A stretch of DNA of 64,000 bases from Planctomycetota bacterium (GTDB taxonomy: Bacteria; Planctomycetota; B15-G4): positions 128,001-192,000 of the forward strand of contig JBBQUR010000004.1 in assembly GCA_038212275.1 (NCBI GenBank). Reading direction: 5' to 3'. The translations under genes were made by a program, and so were the position numbers. Below are positions 1 to 9,871 of this stretch, in pieces. Within the stretch, counting starts at the first letter, position 1. Each line of letters starts with the position of its first letter. Under the pieces are notes generated by a model. It was given only the letters and a program-made list of their open reading frames with translations. It was not told where the DNA came from and did no database searches.

Positions 1-1
1 C

Positions 2-175
2 GCCAACGTCATCGTGCGCAACAGCTTCAGCGGGAATGCGTCAGCGCTGCAACTGCCGCCAGGCAACACGAGCGGGGGGCTTTACGAGGCTCCGTCGCCC
101 TACGCGGTGCAGCAACCCGACGCGCCTTCAGACCCGCTCGACGCGCTGCGCCCGTGGGCCAACGTCATCCACTAG
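2..175 (+). CDS. 3' end of a gene entering the window; probably a right-handed beta-helix repeat protein
   Basis: Frame 2 reads ANVIVRNSFSGNASALQLPPGNTSG...PWANVIH to TAG at 173-175. Repeated 'N...GN' pattern and a terminal PWAN motif are typical of beta-helix protein C-termini; only 57 residues are visible. Confidence 0.5.
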   Translation, partial: ANVIVRNSFSGNASALQLPPGNTSGGLYEAPSPYAVQQPDAPSDPLDALRPWANVIH

Positions 176-247
176 GGCGCGACCCGCGATCAGAGCGCGA
201 CCCGCGATCCGGGCCGCCGGTACCAACGCCCGCGGCCGTCTTCGGCG

Positions 248-323
248 TGGTGGATGACAGGGGAGTTGAACCCCTGACCTCCTGATTGCGAACCAGGCGC
301 TCTACCAACTGAGCTAGTCACCC
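248..323 (-). tRNA. tRNA-Ala (anticodon CGC)
   Basis: Reverse complement GGGTGACTAGCTCAGTTGGTAGAGCGCCTGGTTCGCAATCAGGAGGTCAGGGGTTCAACTCCCCTGTCATCCACCA: 76 nt, acceptor stem with G3:U70, anticodon loop TT-CGC-AA, GTTCAA T-loop, encoded CCA. Confidence 0.97.
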
Positions 324-407
324 ACGTCGACCGGAAAGGGGCGCGATCTTAGGCAGCGTGGCGCGTCGGGTCAACGGGCGCCGACGTGCGGATTTCCCGC
401 TGCCGGC

Positions 408-3400
408 TCATGCGGCTGGCGGCGTGTCGGCGACGGGCGCGGGCCGGCGCGCCGCCAGTCGCTCGAGCGCGCCTTCGACCGCCGTGTAGAGCACCGGGAT
501 CACCACGAGGGTGAGCAACGTCGCGACCGAGAGGCCTGCCACCACCGTCACGGCCATCGGCGAGCGCAGTTCCATGCCTTCGCCCGAGGTCATCGGCAGC
601 CAGCCGGTGAGAGGCAGCAGGCCGAGCACCGTCGTCATCGTGGTCATGAGGATCGGGCGCAGCCGCGAATGGCAGGCGTCGACGACGGCGTCGACGAGGC
701 GCTCTCCGTCGACGCGACGGCGGCGGTTGATCGCGTCGATGAGCACGATCGCGTTGTTGACCACGATGCCCGCGAGAATGATGCCGCCGATGAACACGAC
801 GACCGACAGCGGGATGTCGAGCAGCCAGAGCGCCGCGACGGCGCCGGTCATCGCGAGCGGCACGGTGATCAGGATCATGAGCGGCTGCAGCAGCGACTCG
901 AACATGGACGCCATGACGACGTAGACGAGGAAGACCGCGAGCAGCATGGCCTGCGTCATCTGCGCGAGGGCGCCGCCCATCTCGCGGCCCTGGCCGCCCA
1001 TCGCGATGCTGAGGTCGCTGCTGCGTTCGATGTCCGCGATGCGCCTGGTGATCTCGGCGCTGGCGCGCCCGATGTCGAAGCCGGAGAGCGAGGCCGAGAC
1101 GACGGCCGCGCGCTGGCCCCAGATGCGCCGGATCTCGCGCGGCCCCTCGCGCACCTCGCTGGTGGAGAGAGCCGAGAGCGTTTCGTTGCCTGCACCGCCC
1201 GGGTTGGCCGGCAGTTGCATGAGGTCTTCCAGCGACCGGAGGCCCTGCTTGTCCACCTGCACGAGGACGTCGAGCTTGTGCTCCGCGTCGGTGAAGCGCG
1301 TGGCCACCGTGCCCTGGACCATGCCGGCCACGGCGCTCGCGACGGTGCGCGTGTCGAGGCCGCGCCGGGAGAGCAGGTCGCGGTCGAAGGAGAGCATGAC
1401 CTCGGGACTGCCTGGCTGCACGCTGCTGCGCACGTCGCGCAGTCCCGGAATGCTCTGCATGACCGCTTCGACCTGCTGGGCGGACGAGGCGAGCTGCGCG
1501 AGGTCGTCGCCCTTGATCTCGACGACGATCGGCGACCGGATGGAGAAGAGCGTCGGACGCTCGAAGCGCATGTCGCGCAAGGCCGGCAGGTCGGCCATCC
1601 GTTCGCGCAGCGCCAGCATGACGCGCTCTTCGGCCGCACGCGTGTCGAGGCCGCGGCGCAGCCCGATGGAAAGCCGGGCCGTGTGCTCGCCTTCGTCGGG
1701 CTGCGTGATCTCGTCGCGCGGGACACCGATCACTGCCGCGACCCATTCCACGTCCGGCAGCGCGTCGAGCGTGTCCTCGGCCAGCCGGGCGACGGCCGAC
1801 GTGGTCTCCAGCGGTGTGCCGACCGGCAGCGAGAGGCGCGCGATGAGCTCTCCCTGATGCACCTCGGGAATCAGTTCGCTGCCGAGCGATCCTGCAGCCA
1901 TCAGCGACCAGCCGAACAGCACCACGGAGAGCGCGAGCGTGATCGCGCGCGCGGACGGCGAGACGATGATGGCACGGATGGTGATGGGGTAGACGCGCTC
2001 CAGCCGGCCATACGCGGCATGGAACAGGCGCACCGGAACCGCCATGAGCAGCAGGAAGGCCCGGACCGCCAGCCAGATGGCGAGAGCGAGGAAGCCGCCG
2101 GCCAGCGCGATCAGAGCCAGCAGCACGCGCCCGACGAGGTCGATCACCGATTGCAGCAGGACGCCCAGGCAGACGAGCGGCAGCAGCACGACGCGCCTGG
2201 GGCGGTCTCGCCAGAGGCCGATCGCGAGCGGCGCACGCAGCAGCGTGTCGCGCAGGCCGGTCACCGTGCTGCGCAGGTCGAGCACGTGCGCTCCCGTGCC
2301 CGAGCCGCGCGCCTGCAGCACGGGAGCCAGATAAAGCGCCACGAGCAGCGAAGCCATGAGCGACACGACGACGGTGAGCGCCTGGTCCTTGAACACCTGG
2401 CCGGCGATGCCCTCGACGAAGATGATCGGTGCGAACACGGCGACGGTGGTGAGCGTGGAGGCCGTGACCGCCATGGCCACCTCGCGCACGCCGTTCACCG
2501 CCGCGTCGAGCCGGCTCTGGCCCCGCTCGCGGCAGGCCTCGATGGACTCGAGCACGACGATCGCGTTGTCCACGAGCATGCCGATGCCGAGCGCAAGGCC
2601 GCCCAGCGACATGACGTTCAGCGAGGTGCCTGACAGGAAGAGCGGCGAGAAGCTCACGAGCACGGAGACGGGAATGGACAGCGCGATGATGAGCGTAGGG
2701 CCGAGCCGTCGCAGGAAAAGGAAGAGCACGAGAATCGAGAGCAGCGCGCCTTCGAGGCCGGCCTCGTTCACTTCGGCCAGCGCGCTGGCGATGAAGCGCG
2801 ACTGGTCCGAGAGCAGGTGCACGGTGACGTCGGCGGGCAGGTCCGCGGCCAGGTAGGCGAAGGCGGCGTCACGCTCGCGCTGCGCGGACTTCAGGGAGGC
2901 GAGTTCCTGCGACAGGGAAATGTCGAGCTCCACTTCCGCAGTGGTGCGCGTGTCGGGCGCGTCGCCACCGGGGCGATCTCCCGGCCCGCCCTCGGCGTCG
3001 AAGGACTGCGCCACGGAGATGCGCTGCATCGCGGCCTGCAGCGCGGGGTCTGCCGCGACGCGGGCGCGGAAGGCCGCCATGCCCTCGATGGGGTCGGGTG
3101 TCTCTCCGGCACGCAGCTTTGCGACCCATGCGCGCATCGAGGCATCGCCGAACAGGCCGTCGCGCACGCGCCCGGCGAGCTCCACGATGTTCGCGTCCGC
3201 TTCCTTGAAGATCTGCAGCTCGACGCTGTCGTGTCCATCGATGCGCGTGATGACATCGCGCTCGCGGGTGGTGCGCGTCACCTCGGCCACGTCTTCCAGG
3301 CGCACGACGGAGTCGTCCTCGCGGAAGAGGATCGTGCGCGCGATGTCCTCGGGGCGGCGGTACTCGTTGAGGATGCGGACGAGGTACTCGGTGTCGCCCT

Positions 3401-4088
3401 CGAGCACGGTGCCGCTGGCAAGGTTCACGTTCTCGAGCGAAAGGCGCGCGGCGATGTCGGCCGGACGCAGGCCCCACGTGGCCAGTCGCTCGGGTCGCAG
3501 GCGCACCTGGATCTCGTCCTGCAGGCCGCCACGCACGTGCACCGCAGCGACGCCTTCGATCGAGGAGATGGCGACGGAGAGGCGATCTTCCGCCAGCCGC
3601 CGCAGTTCGACGAGGTCGCGCCCGCCCGTGAGGCCGATGACGAGGATGGGGTCGAGCGTCGGGTCGTAGCGCAGGATGATCGGCGTGTCGACCTCGAGCG
3701 GCAGGTTGGTGCGGTCGAGGCGCTCGCGGATGTCCTGGATCGCGTAGGTGAGCTGCGTGCCCCAGGAAAACTCCAGCGTGACGTCGGCGAGTCCCGCGCG
3801 CGAGATGGACGAGATGGACTCCAGCCGCGGCAGGATGGAGAGGGCCTCGTGCAGCCGCTTGGTGACGCGCTCCTCGACATCCTCCGGCGCCGCGCCGGGG
3901 TAGCTCGCGCGCACCGTGACGGTGGGGTAGCTGATGTCGGGCAGCAGGCTCATGGGCAGCCTCTGCAGCGACTGCCAGCCGAAGGCCAGCAGGGTGACGA
4001 AGGCCATCATGACCGCGACGGGGCGCTGGCAGAGGAAGCCGAACACGCCACCCGGCCGAGCGGTCGCCTCCGGTTCCGGAGCGCTCAA
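408..4088 (-). CDS. RND efflux transporter permease subunit (AcrB/AcrD/AcrF family)
   Basis: 1226 aa with RPVAV N-terminus, LLPDISYPTVTV, GMLVDNAIVVLE, GIVVNNAIVL, SRLRPILMTT motifs. Confidence 0.95.
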   Translation of the reverse strand: MSAPEPEATARPGGVFGFLCQRPVAVMMAFVTLLAFGWQSLQRLPMSLLPDISYPTVTVRASYPGAAPEDVEERVTKRLHEALSILPRLESISSISRAGLADVTLEFSWGTQLTYAIQDIRERLDRTNLPLEVDTPIILRYDPTLDPILVIGLTGGRDLVELRRLAEDRLSVAISSIEGVAAVHVRGGLQDEIQVRLRPERLATWGLRPADIAARLSLENVNLASGTVLEGDTEYLVRILNEYRRPEDIARTILFREDDSVVRLEDVAEVTRTTRERDVITRIDGHDSVELQIFKEADANIVELAGRVRDGLFGDASMRAWVAKLRAGETPDPIEGMAAFRARVAADPALQAAMQRISVAQSFDAEGGPGDRPGGDAPDTRTTAEVELDISLSQELASLKSAQRERDAAFAYLAADLPADVTVHLLSDQSRFIASALAEVNEAGLEGALLSILVLFLFLRRLGPTLIIALSIPVSVLVSFSPLFLSGTSLNVMSLGGLALGIGMLVDNAIVVLESIEACRERGQSRLDAAVNGVREVAMAVTASTLTTVAVFAPIIFVEGIAGQVFKDQALTVVVSLMASLLVALYLAPVLQARGSGTGAHVLDLRSTVTGLRDTLLRAPLAIGLWRDRPRRVVLLPLVCLGVLLQSVIDLVGRVLLALIALAGGFLALAIWLAVRAFLLLMAVPVRLFHAAYGRLERVYPITIRAIIVSPSARAITLALSVVLFGWSLMAAGSLGSELIPEVHQGELIARLSLPVGTPLETTSAVARLAEDTLDALPDVEWVAAVIGVPRDEITQPDEGEHTARLSIGLRRGLDTRAAEERVMLALRERMADLPALRDMRFERPTLFSIRSPIVVEIKGDDLAQLASSAQQVEAVMQSIPGLRDVRSSVQPGSPEVMLSFDRDLLSRRGLDTRTVASAVAGMVQGTVATRFTDAEHKLDVLVQVDKQGLRSLEDLMQLPANPGGAGNETLSALSTSEVREGPREIRRIWGQRAAVVSASLSGFDIGRASAEITRRIADIERSSDLSIAMGGQGREMGGALAQMTQAMLLAVFLVYVVMASMFESLLQPLMILITVPLAMTGAVAALWLLDIPLSVVVFIGGIILAGIVVNNAIVLIDAINRRRRVDGERLVDAVVDACHSRLRPILMTTMTTVLGLLPLTGWLPMTSGEGMELRSPMAVTVVAGLSVATLLTLVVIPVLYTAVEGALERLAARRPAPVADTPPAA

Positions 4089-5416
4089 AACGCTTCCTCG
4101 ACCACCTTCACGGTCGCGCCGTCCTTGAGGTTCTCCTGGCCGACCACGACCACGCGCAGGTCGGCGGGCAGAGGCACGCCCTCCGCGTCGCCGAGCAGCT
4201 CGACCTGGCTCGAGGTGCTCGCACCCGCGCGGAAGAGAATCTTGCGCACGCGCACCTCGGTCGCCTCGGCGCCGCCCACGGCAGCGACACCTGCGTCCGT
4301 CGCGTCGGTGCGGGTGTCGATCGCGAAGAGCACCGGTTGATCGTCCTCGTAGATCACCGCGCGCTTGGAAACGAGAAGCGCATCGTTGCGCGCAGCCGTC
4401 ACGATGTGCGCCTCGCAGAAGAGGCCGGGCACGAGACCTTCGGCGGCTTCCAGGTCCACCGTCACGCGCACCGTGCCGGTGGCCTGGTCGAGCACGGGAT
4501 TCACGGTGCGCACGACGCCGTGGAAGACCGTGCCGGCGCCGGTCACCGGCAGCACATCCACGGGTTGATCGCGCTGCAGGCGGGCGAGGCTGTCCTGGGG
4601 CACGCGCAGGTTCAGCACCAGGTCCGCCGTGTCCACGATCGTGAAGATCGAGGTGCCGGCGTTGACGAGTTCGCCCATGCTGATGTGCCGTTCCGCGACC
4701 ACGCCCGACGTGGGCGAGCGGATCTGCGTGTACTCGAGACTGGTCTTCGCCCGCTCCGCCTCGATCTCGGCCTTGCGCAGAGCGATCTTGGCGAGGTCGA
4801 GCGAGACGTGGCTGCTGCGTTCCGAGAAGCGCTGCAGGTCCAGCTCATCGGCGGCCTTGTCGGCGGCCAGGCGCGCGTCATCGACTTCCTTGCGATTCAC
4901 GAGGTCGCCGAGGCCGGAAAGTCGCATGAGGTCGTCGGCGCTCTTGGCTGCGCTGCGCTCGGCGGACTTCACGCGCTGCTTGCCTTCCTCCACGGTCAGC
5001 TCGCTGCGCTCGACCGTGCCGTTCGCTTCCTCCAGCGCCGCCTCCGCGGTCTGCACCGCGAGCTGCAGATCCGTGTCGAAGAGCGACAGCAGCAGCTCGC
5101 CGGCCGCCACCGCGTCGCCTTCTTCCTTGGCGATCATCGTGACCGCGAGGCCCGAGAGCTTGGGGAAGATGGTGACGGAGGTCCGCGTGGCGACCTTGGC
5201 CGAAACGATCACTTCGTCGCGCACGGGTCCGCGCACCAGCGGCTCGACGACCACGAGCGTGGTGCGGCTGGCGTCCCGTCCGCCTGCCATCGAGCGCCCG
5301 GACGTGGTCGCAGGCGTGTTCGATCCGGCGGCTTCGCTGCAGCCCCCGGACGCGAAGACGAGCAGCGGAAGCGATGCCACGCAGGCGCGTCGCAGGATGG
5401 CGGTCGTCGACAGCAT
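4085..5416 (-). CDS. RND efflux periplasmic adaptor (membrane fusion protein), probable lipoprotein
   Basis: Lipobox-like FASGGC, lipoyl-like halves (KEEGDAVAAGELL; IRSPTSGVV), helical hairpin, VNPVLDQATGT; stop overlaps the AcrB start. Start chosen at MLSTT. Confidence 0.9.
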   Translation of the reverse strand: MLSTTAILRRACVASLPLLVFASGGCSEAAGSNTPATTSGRSMAGGRDASRTTLVVVEPLVRGPVRDEVIVSAKVATRTSVTIFPKLSGLAVTMIAKEEGDAVAAGELLLSLFDTDLQLAVQTAEAALEEANGTVERSELTVEEGKQRVKSAERSAAKSADDLMRLSGLGDLVNRKEVDDARLAADKAADELDLQRFSERSSHVSLDLAKIALRKAEIEAERAKTSLEYTQIRSPTSGVVAERHISMGELVNAGTSIFTIVDTADLVLNLRVPQDSLARLQRDQPVDVLPVTGAGTVFHGVVRTVNPVLDQATGTVRVTVDLEAAEGLVPGLFCEAHIVTAARNDALLVSKRAVIYEDDQPVLFAIDTRTDATDAGVAAVGGAEATEVRVRKILFRAGASTSSQVELLGDAEGVPLPADLRVVVVGQENLKDGATVKVVEEAF

Positions 5417-5515
5417 CGCGGCAGTCCGGCGTGGGCGGCGTGGCGGGGGAGCGGCGCGTGGAGGATACGAGCCACGCACGTGCCGACGGCCCGGGCCGTA
5501 TGGTACGCCACCCTC

Positions 5516-6817
5516 ATGTCACTCCTCACCGGATCCGCGGACGGACCGAGCACGATGCCGACGATCCGGCAGGCTCGCGCGCGCGTGCTCGAACACGCCC
5601 GGCCGAGCGCGGAGCGCCCGCTACCGACCGAACTCGTGTCGATCCGCCACGCGGTCGGTCGAGTGCTCGCGCAGCCCGTCGTCGCGGACACCGACCTGCC
5701 GCCCTTCGACCGCGTGATGATGGACGGCTACGCGGTGCGCGCGGCCGAGGCGCAGCCGGGGGCGCGCCTGCCTCTGCAGGGCGAGGTGGCGGCGGGGGAC
5801 GCCGGCGATGTCCCGCTGAAGCCGGGGCACGCGCTGGCCATCATGACCGGTGCGCCGCTGCCGCCGGGCGCCGACGCGGTCGTTCCCGTCGAATGGACCG
5901 AGCTCGGGCCCGAGAGTGCGGCCGAGGGCCATGGATCGGGACGCAAGGAAGCCGGCGAGGTGACGCGCTCTGTGCACTTCCGGCGCGGCGTGAACCTCCG
6001 CCAGCACGTGGCGCGTCGCGCCGAGGACCTGACCGAGGGGCAGGTCGTCGCCCGCACGGGTGAACGCGTGACGACGCTCTCGCTGTCGCTGCTCATCGCG
6101 GCCGGCGCGGGACAGGTGTGCGTGGTGCGACGCCCGCGCGTGGCTCTGCTCACCACCGGCAACGAACTGGTGCCGCCCGGAACTCCGCTGCGCCGCGGAC
6201 AGATCCGTGAAAGCAACGGGCCGGCGCTTGCCACGCTGCTCGCCGATGCCGGTGCCGAAGTGACCGACCTCGGCGTGGCGCGCGACACCCGCGCCGCGCT
6301 GGATGCCAGCCTGGCGTGCGCCCTCGACGCGGACATCGTCGTGCTCACGGGAGGCGCGTCCGTCGGAGCCTACGACTTCACCGAAGAGGCGCTGCTGGCT
6401 CGGGGCGCGCAGCGACAATTCGGCAAGCTGTCGGTGAAGCCCGGCAAGCCGACGCTCTTCCTCACGCGCGGACAGCAGCTCTGCTTCGGCCTGCCCGGCA
6501 ATCCGGTGGCGGCGCTCATGACCGGGCGCGTGCTGGTCTGCGCCGCGATCGCCGCACGCGCGGGCGCCGTGCCGGAGGACTGGACGCATCGCGCGCACCC
6601 GCTGGCCGGTCCGGTGCGCCGCGCGGCCGAGCGCGACCAGCTCCTGCCGATGGCCCTGCGCGACGGCGCGCTCGTCTTCGAAGGCTGGCACGGTTCGGGC
6701 GACCTGTCGTGCATGGCGCGCGCCGAGGGCTTCGCCTTCGTGGCGCGCGGTGAAGGCAGTGCACCCGCCGGCGAGAGCGCAGACTGGTTTCCGCTGCCCG
6801 TGCCGGCAGCCTGGTGA
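5516..6817 (+). CDS. moeA: Molybdopterin molybdotransferase MoeA
   Basis: GRVLA, DLPPFDRVMMDGYAV, IMTGAPLPPGADAVV, TTGNEL, TGGASVG, KPGKP, LPGNP motifs. Start at 5516 or 5555. Confidence 0.93.
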   Translation: MSLLTGSADGPSTMPTIRQARARVLEHARPSAERPLPTELVSIRHAVGRVLAQPVVADTDLPPFDRVMMDGYAVRAAEAQPGARLPLQGEVAAGDAGDVPLKPGHALAIMTGAPLPPGADAVVPVEWTELGPESAAEGHGSGRKEAGEVTRSVHFRRGVNLRQHVARRAEDLTEGQVVARTGERVTTLSLSLLIAAGAGQVCVVRRPRVALLTTGNELVPPGTPLRRGQIRESNGPALATLLADAGAEVTDLGVARDTRAALDASLACALDADIVVLTGGASVGAYDFTEEALLARGAQRQFGKLSVKPGKPTLFLTRGQQLCFGLPGNPVAALMTGRVLVCAAIAARAGAVPEDWTHRAHPLAGPVRRAAERDQLLPMALRDGALVFEGWHGSGDLSCMARAEGFAFVARGEGSAPAGESADWFPLPVPAAW

Positions 6818-8496
6818 GTCGCATGTCCGCCGCGACAGAATCTGCCTCCGCGAAGACACCCGTTGCGCGGGGACGCCTGCGCCCCTGGCTGCTGGGCGCT
6901 GCGGGCGTTGCGCTGCTGCTCGCGGCGTTCCCGCCGCTGTCGCTCTGGCCGCTCGCGATGCTCGTGCCATGGCCGCTCACGCTCCTCGCCCTCGAAGCGC
7001 CGACCGGCGGTGCCGCCTTCCGGCGACTGTACGTGGCGGGCCTGCCCTTCTTTCTGCTGGGCACCGCGTGGCTGGCGGAGACGGCGGCCATCAACCTCGT
7101 GCTGGTCTCCGTCGCGGAGGCCGGCTGGATCGGCTTCTACGGCTGGATCGCTTGGCGCTGCTTCGGCGACCGCGCGCGCGGAGGCCGGCTCGGCTTCATG
7201 CCCGTGCTGCCACTGCTCTGGACCACGCACGAGTTGCTCCGACTCAAGGGACCGTTGTCGGGCTACCCGTGGTTGCTGCTCGGACACGCGCTCGCGCGCA
7301 GCCCGATCGCCGTGCAGTCGGCGGATCTCGGCGGCGTGCTGCTCGTGTCCTTCGTCGGTGCGTGCGGCTCGGCGGCGGTGCTTGCGTGGCGCGCCGGGCA
7401 GCGCCGCGGGGCGGCTGCAGCGCTGGCCGTGCTGCTGCTCGCCGCGGGCTACGGCCTCGTGCGTCCGCTCACGCTGCACGAGCCGCAGCCGGGGCCGTTG
7501 CTTGCAGGCATCCAACCGGCCTTCCCGCAGCGCCTCAAGGATGACGGCGCCCGTGCGGACGAACGCTATCGGCGCTGCATCGAGTTGTCGTGGGCCGCGT
7601 TGCGCGCCGAGCCGCAGGCCGAGTTGCTCGTCTGGCCCGAGACGATGTGGCCGCTGCCGATGGGTGAGGGCAAGCCCGAGGATCGCTGGTGGCCGGGCTT
7701 CGGACCCAGGGAGGCCGCAGAGGATGAGGCGGCTGCGCTCGTGCCGCTGACCGCCGCCGGTCCGCTCGGCAGCCGCGCCTGCCCGCTGCTGCTCGGCACG
7801 CAGTACGTGCGCCTCGACGCGCAAGGCCGGATGCGCTCCTCCAACAGCGCGATGTACCTCGATGCGAAGGGCGGCCGCCTTGGCCGCTACGACAAGGTGA
7901 TGCTCGTGCCCGCCGGCGAGACCGTCCCGCTCAAGGACTGGTTGCCGGCGTCGCTGGAGCGCATGGTCGAGGACTGGATCTACGACTTCGCGGGCTACGT
8001 CATCGACCTGCAGCCCGGAACCGGGCCGGCGACCTTCGAGCTGCCTGCCGGCTCGACCGCCGACGGCCCGCCGATCACCTTCGGTGTCACCATCTGCTTC
8101 GAGAACGCCTACGGCAGTTACTGTCGCGAGTTCGTCCGGCAGGGCGCCGAGTTCCTCGTGAACCTTTCCAATGAAGCCTGGTTCGGCACATCCACGGAGT
8201 TCGACCAGATGGAGCTCCACTCCATCCTGCGCGCCGTGGAAACCCGCCGGGCCATGTTCAGGGTCACCAACTCGGGCGTCTCGTGCCTGGTCCGCCCGGA
8301 CGGGCGCGCGCCGCAGGGCGCCGACCGGCTCGTGGTGGACGGTCGCGACCGCGCCGTGGCCGGTACGTTCCGGGCGGCCGTGCCGCGCTACCGCGATGGG
8401 AGCCTCTACGTGCTCACGGGCGATGCTTTCGGCTGGCTCTGCCTGTCCGCCAGCGTCGCGCTGCTGCTCCGGCGACGCGGAGCGGTCCTTTCTTGA
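6814..8496 (+). CDS. lnt: Apolipoprotein N-acyltransferase
   Basis: N-terminal TM region (GYPWLLLG) then nitrilase triad motifs WPET, YDKVMLVP, ICFE, plus NLSNEAWFG and RAVETRR...TNSGVS. Confidence 0.93.
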   Translation: MSRMSAATESASAKTPVARGRLRPWLLGAAGVALLLAAFPPLSLWPLAMLVPWPLTLLALEAPTGGAAFRRLYVAGLPFFLLGTAWLAETAAINLVLVSVAEAGWIGFYGWIAWRCFGDRARGGRLGFMPVLPLLWTTHELLRLKGPLSGYPWLLLGHALARSPIAVQSADLGGVLLVSFVGACGSAAVLAWRAGQRRGAAAALAVLLLAAGYGLVRPLTLHEPQPGPLLAGIQPAFPQRLKDDGARADERYRRCIELSWAALRAEPQAELLVWPETMWPLPMGEGKPEDRWWPGFGPREAAEDEAAALVPLTAAGPLGSRACPLLLGTQYVRLDAQGRMRSSNSAMYLDAKGGRLGRYDKVMLVPAGETVPLKDWLPASLERMVEDWIYDFAGYVIDLQPGTGPATFELPAGSTADGPPITFGVTICFENAYGSYCREFVRQGAEFLVNLSNEAWFGTSTEFDQMELHSILRAVETRRAMFRVTNSGVSCLVRPDGRAPQGADRLVVDGRDRAVAGTFRAAVPRYRDGSLYVLTGDAFGWLCLSASVALLLRRRGAVLS

Positions 8497-8521
8497 CACT
8501 CCGCTGGCCCCTCACTATCGT
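8493..8521 (+). promoter_or_regulatory. Sigma70-type promoter
   Basis: TTGACA (8493-8498), 17-nt spacer, TATCGT (8516-8521), about 80 nt upstream of the ATG at 8602. Confidence 0.75.
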
Positions 8522-8601
8522 CCCGCTTCCCGTCGCGTGCTCATGGTGCTCATGAACACGCCCCGAACACGGGAATCACCCCGTTCTCTGCGAGTTCCTG
8601 C

Positions 8602-9453
8602 ATGAGCAGCATCGGCAAGATCTTTGTCGTGTTGAACCTCGTTCTTTCCCTGCTGGTCGTCGGCGCTGCCGGCTCCCTGCTGCGACAGACCGACGTCACC
8701 AAGGCCGACGTCGAGGCGAAGGCGAAACAGATCGCCAGCGTGCAGGCGCAGCTCGACGAGGCGAACACGAGTTTCGCCGCGCGCGAGCGCGAGCTGGCAG
8801 AAGGCAAGCAGCGCCTCGAGGAAGAGAAGAACGACCTCGAGGTCGCCAAGCAGAACCTCGAGCGCGACAACCAGAAGCTCGACCTCAACAACCAGCAGCT
8901 CCGCGACGACGTGACCAAGATCAACGGGCGCCTCGAGGCGCTCGAGTCGTCCTACACGACGACGCTGCAGCGCAGCCAGGAACTGGCCGACACGAACGAC
9001 CAGTTGCGCACCGAGGCGTTCAACGCCAAGGACGCGCAGCGTCAGGCCGAACTCGCGAAGCGCGAGCTGATGGACCAGATCGCCGCCGCGAAGGCCGAGG
9101 CCTCCAGCGCCGTGGAGCAGCTCGCGACCGTTTCGGCGACGAACAAGACCAACGAGGCGTTGCTCGAGGTGGCGGGGAAGAGCGGCTTCGATCCGACGGC
9201 CGTGCTCGCGATGCCGCGCATCGAGGCTCTCGTGGCCGAAGTCGACCCGACCTACGGCTTCGTGGTCCTGGACAAGGGCAAGCTCGACGACGTGCAGCGC
9301 GGCTTCACCTTCGAGGTGTATCGCGGCGGCACCTACCTCGGCCGCGTGAAGGTCGATGAGATCTTCGACAACTACTCCACCGCGCGCATCGAGCTCAAGG
9401 CTCCCGACGCGTCGATGCAGCGTTTCGACAAGGCTTCCACCTACCTCAACTGA
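8602..9453 (+). CDS. Membrane-anchored coiled-coil protein with C-terminal beta domain (hypothetical)
   Basis: N-terminal TM (GKIFVVLNLVLSLLVV), ~170 aa of heptad-rich helix, C-terminal VVLDKG...GFTFEVYRG...GRVKV; strong codon bias. Confidence 0.8.
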   Translation: MSSIGKIFVVLNLVLSLLVVGAAGSLLRQTDVTKADVEAKAKQIASVQAQLDEANTSFAARERELAEGKQRLEEEKNDLEVAKQNLERDNQKLDLNNQQLRDDVTKINGRLEALESSYTTTLQRSQELADTNDQLRTEAFNAKDAQRQAELAKRELMDQIAAAKAEASSAVEQLATVSATNKTNEALLEVAGKSGFDPTAVLAMPRIEALVAEVDPTYGFVVLDKGKLDDVQRGFTFEVYRGGTYLGRVKVDEIFDNYSTARIELKAPDASMQRFDKASTYLN

Positions 9454-9464
9454 GGGTTCCGACC

Positions 9465-9695
9465 ATGGCGAAGAAGCCTGCAAGTCTCCGCAAGGGCAAG
9501 GCCCGTCCGGCGAAGGATGCTGCTGTCGAGGCGAGCGCCGACTTCGAGGTGGAGGAAGACACCCCGGCCGTGGCCAAGCCGCCGATGGGTCTCGAGTCGG
9601 CATTGATCGGCGTGACGCTCGTCGCACTGGTCGCCGCGATGGTGCTGCTGCAGCTCAAGCTGCACTCGGCCTTCGGCAAGGGCTGGCCGGTCTGA
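9465..9695 (+). CDS. Small single-TM hypothetical protein
   Basis: Basic then acidic N-terminus, C-terminal hydrophobic helix; GAGG upstream; follows 8602-9453. Confidence 0.7.
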   Translation: MAKKPASLRKGKARPAKDAAVEASADFEVEEDTPAVAKPPMGLESALIGVTLVALVAAMVLLQLKLHSAFGKGWPV

Positions 9696-9702
9696 TCCCG
9701 CT

Positions 9703-9812
9703 TGCCTGACCGCAGCCGCGCGGTGCCTGATCGCCCGGTGCCTGATCGCGGGCTGCCTGATCGCGCGGCGCCTGACCGCCTCCTGTCAGAGGCATGGCCC
9801 GCCTGATCGCCC
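9703..9812. repeat. Short imperfect tandem repeats (core GCCTGAYCGC, mostly 15-nt period)
   Basis: Copies at ~9703, 9724, 9739, 9754, 9769 and 9801. Confidence 0.85.
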
Positions 9813-9871
9813 GCTCTCTGCGGCGCTTTCCCGTTCGCTGCGGCGCGCCGCCCGAAGCTCTCGCCAGGCGC

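Noticed and set aside
248..323. tRNA as an integration site of a genomic island
   Set aside because: No duplicate of the tRNA 3' end or adjacent integrase in the window; sequence left of position 1 is not visible.
9703..9812. CRISPR array
   Set aside because: Units are 10-15 nt with no unique 25-45-nt spacers and there are no cas genes; the same applies to 42630-42683 and 46723-46829.
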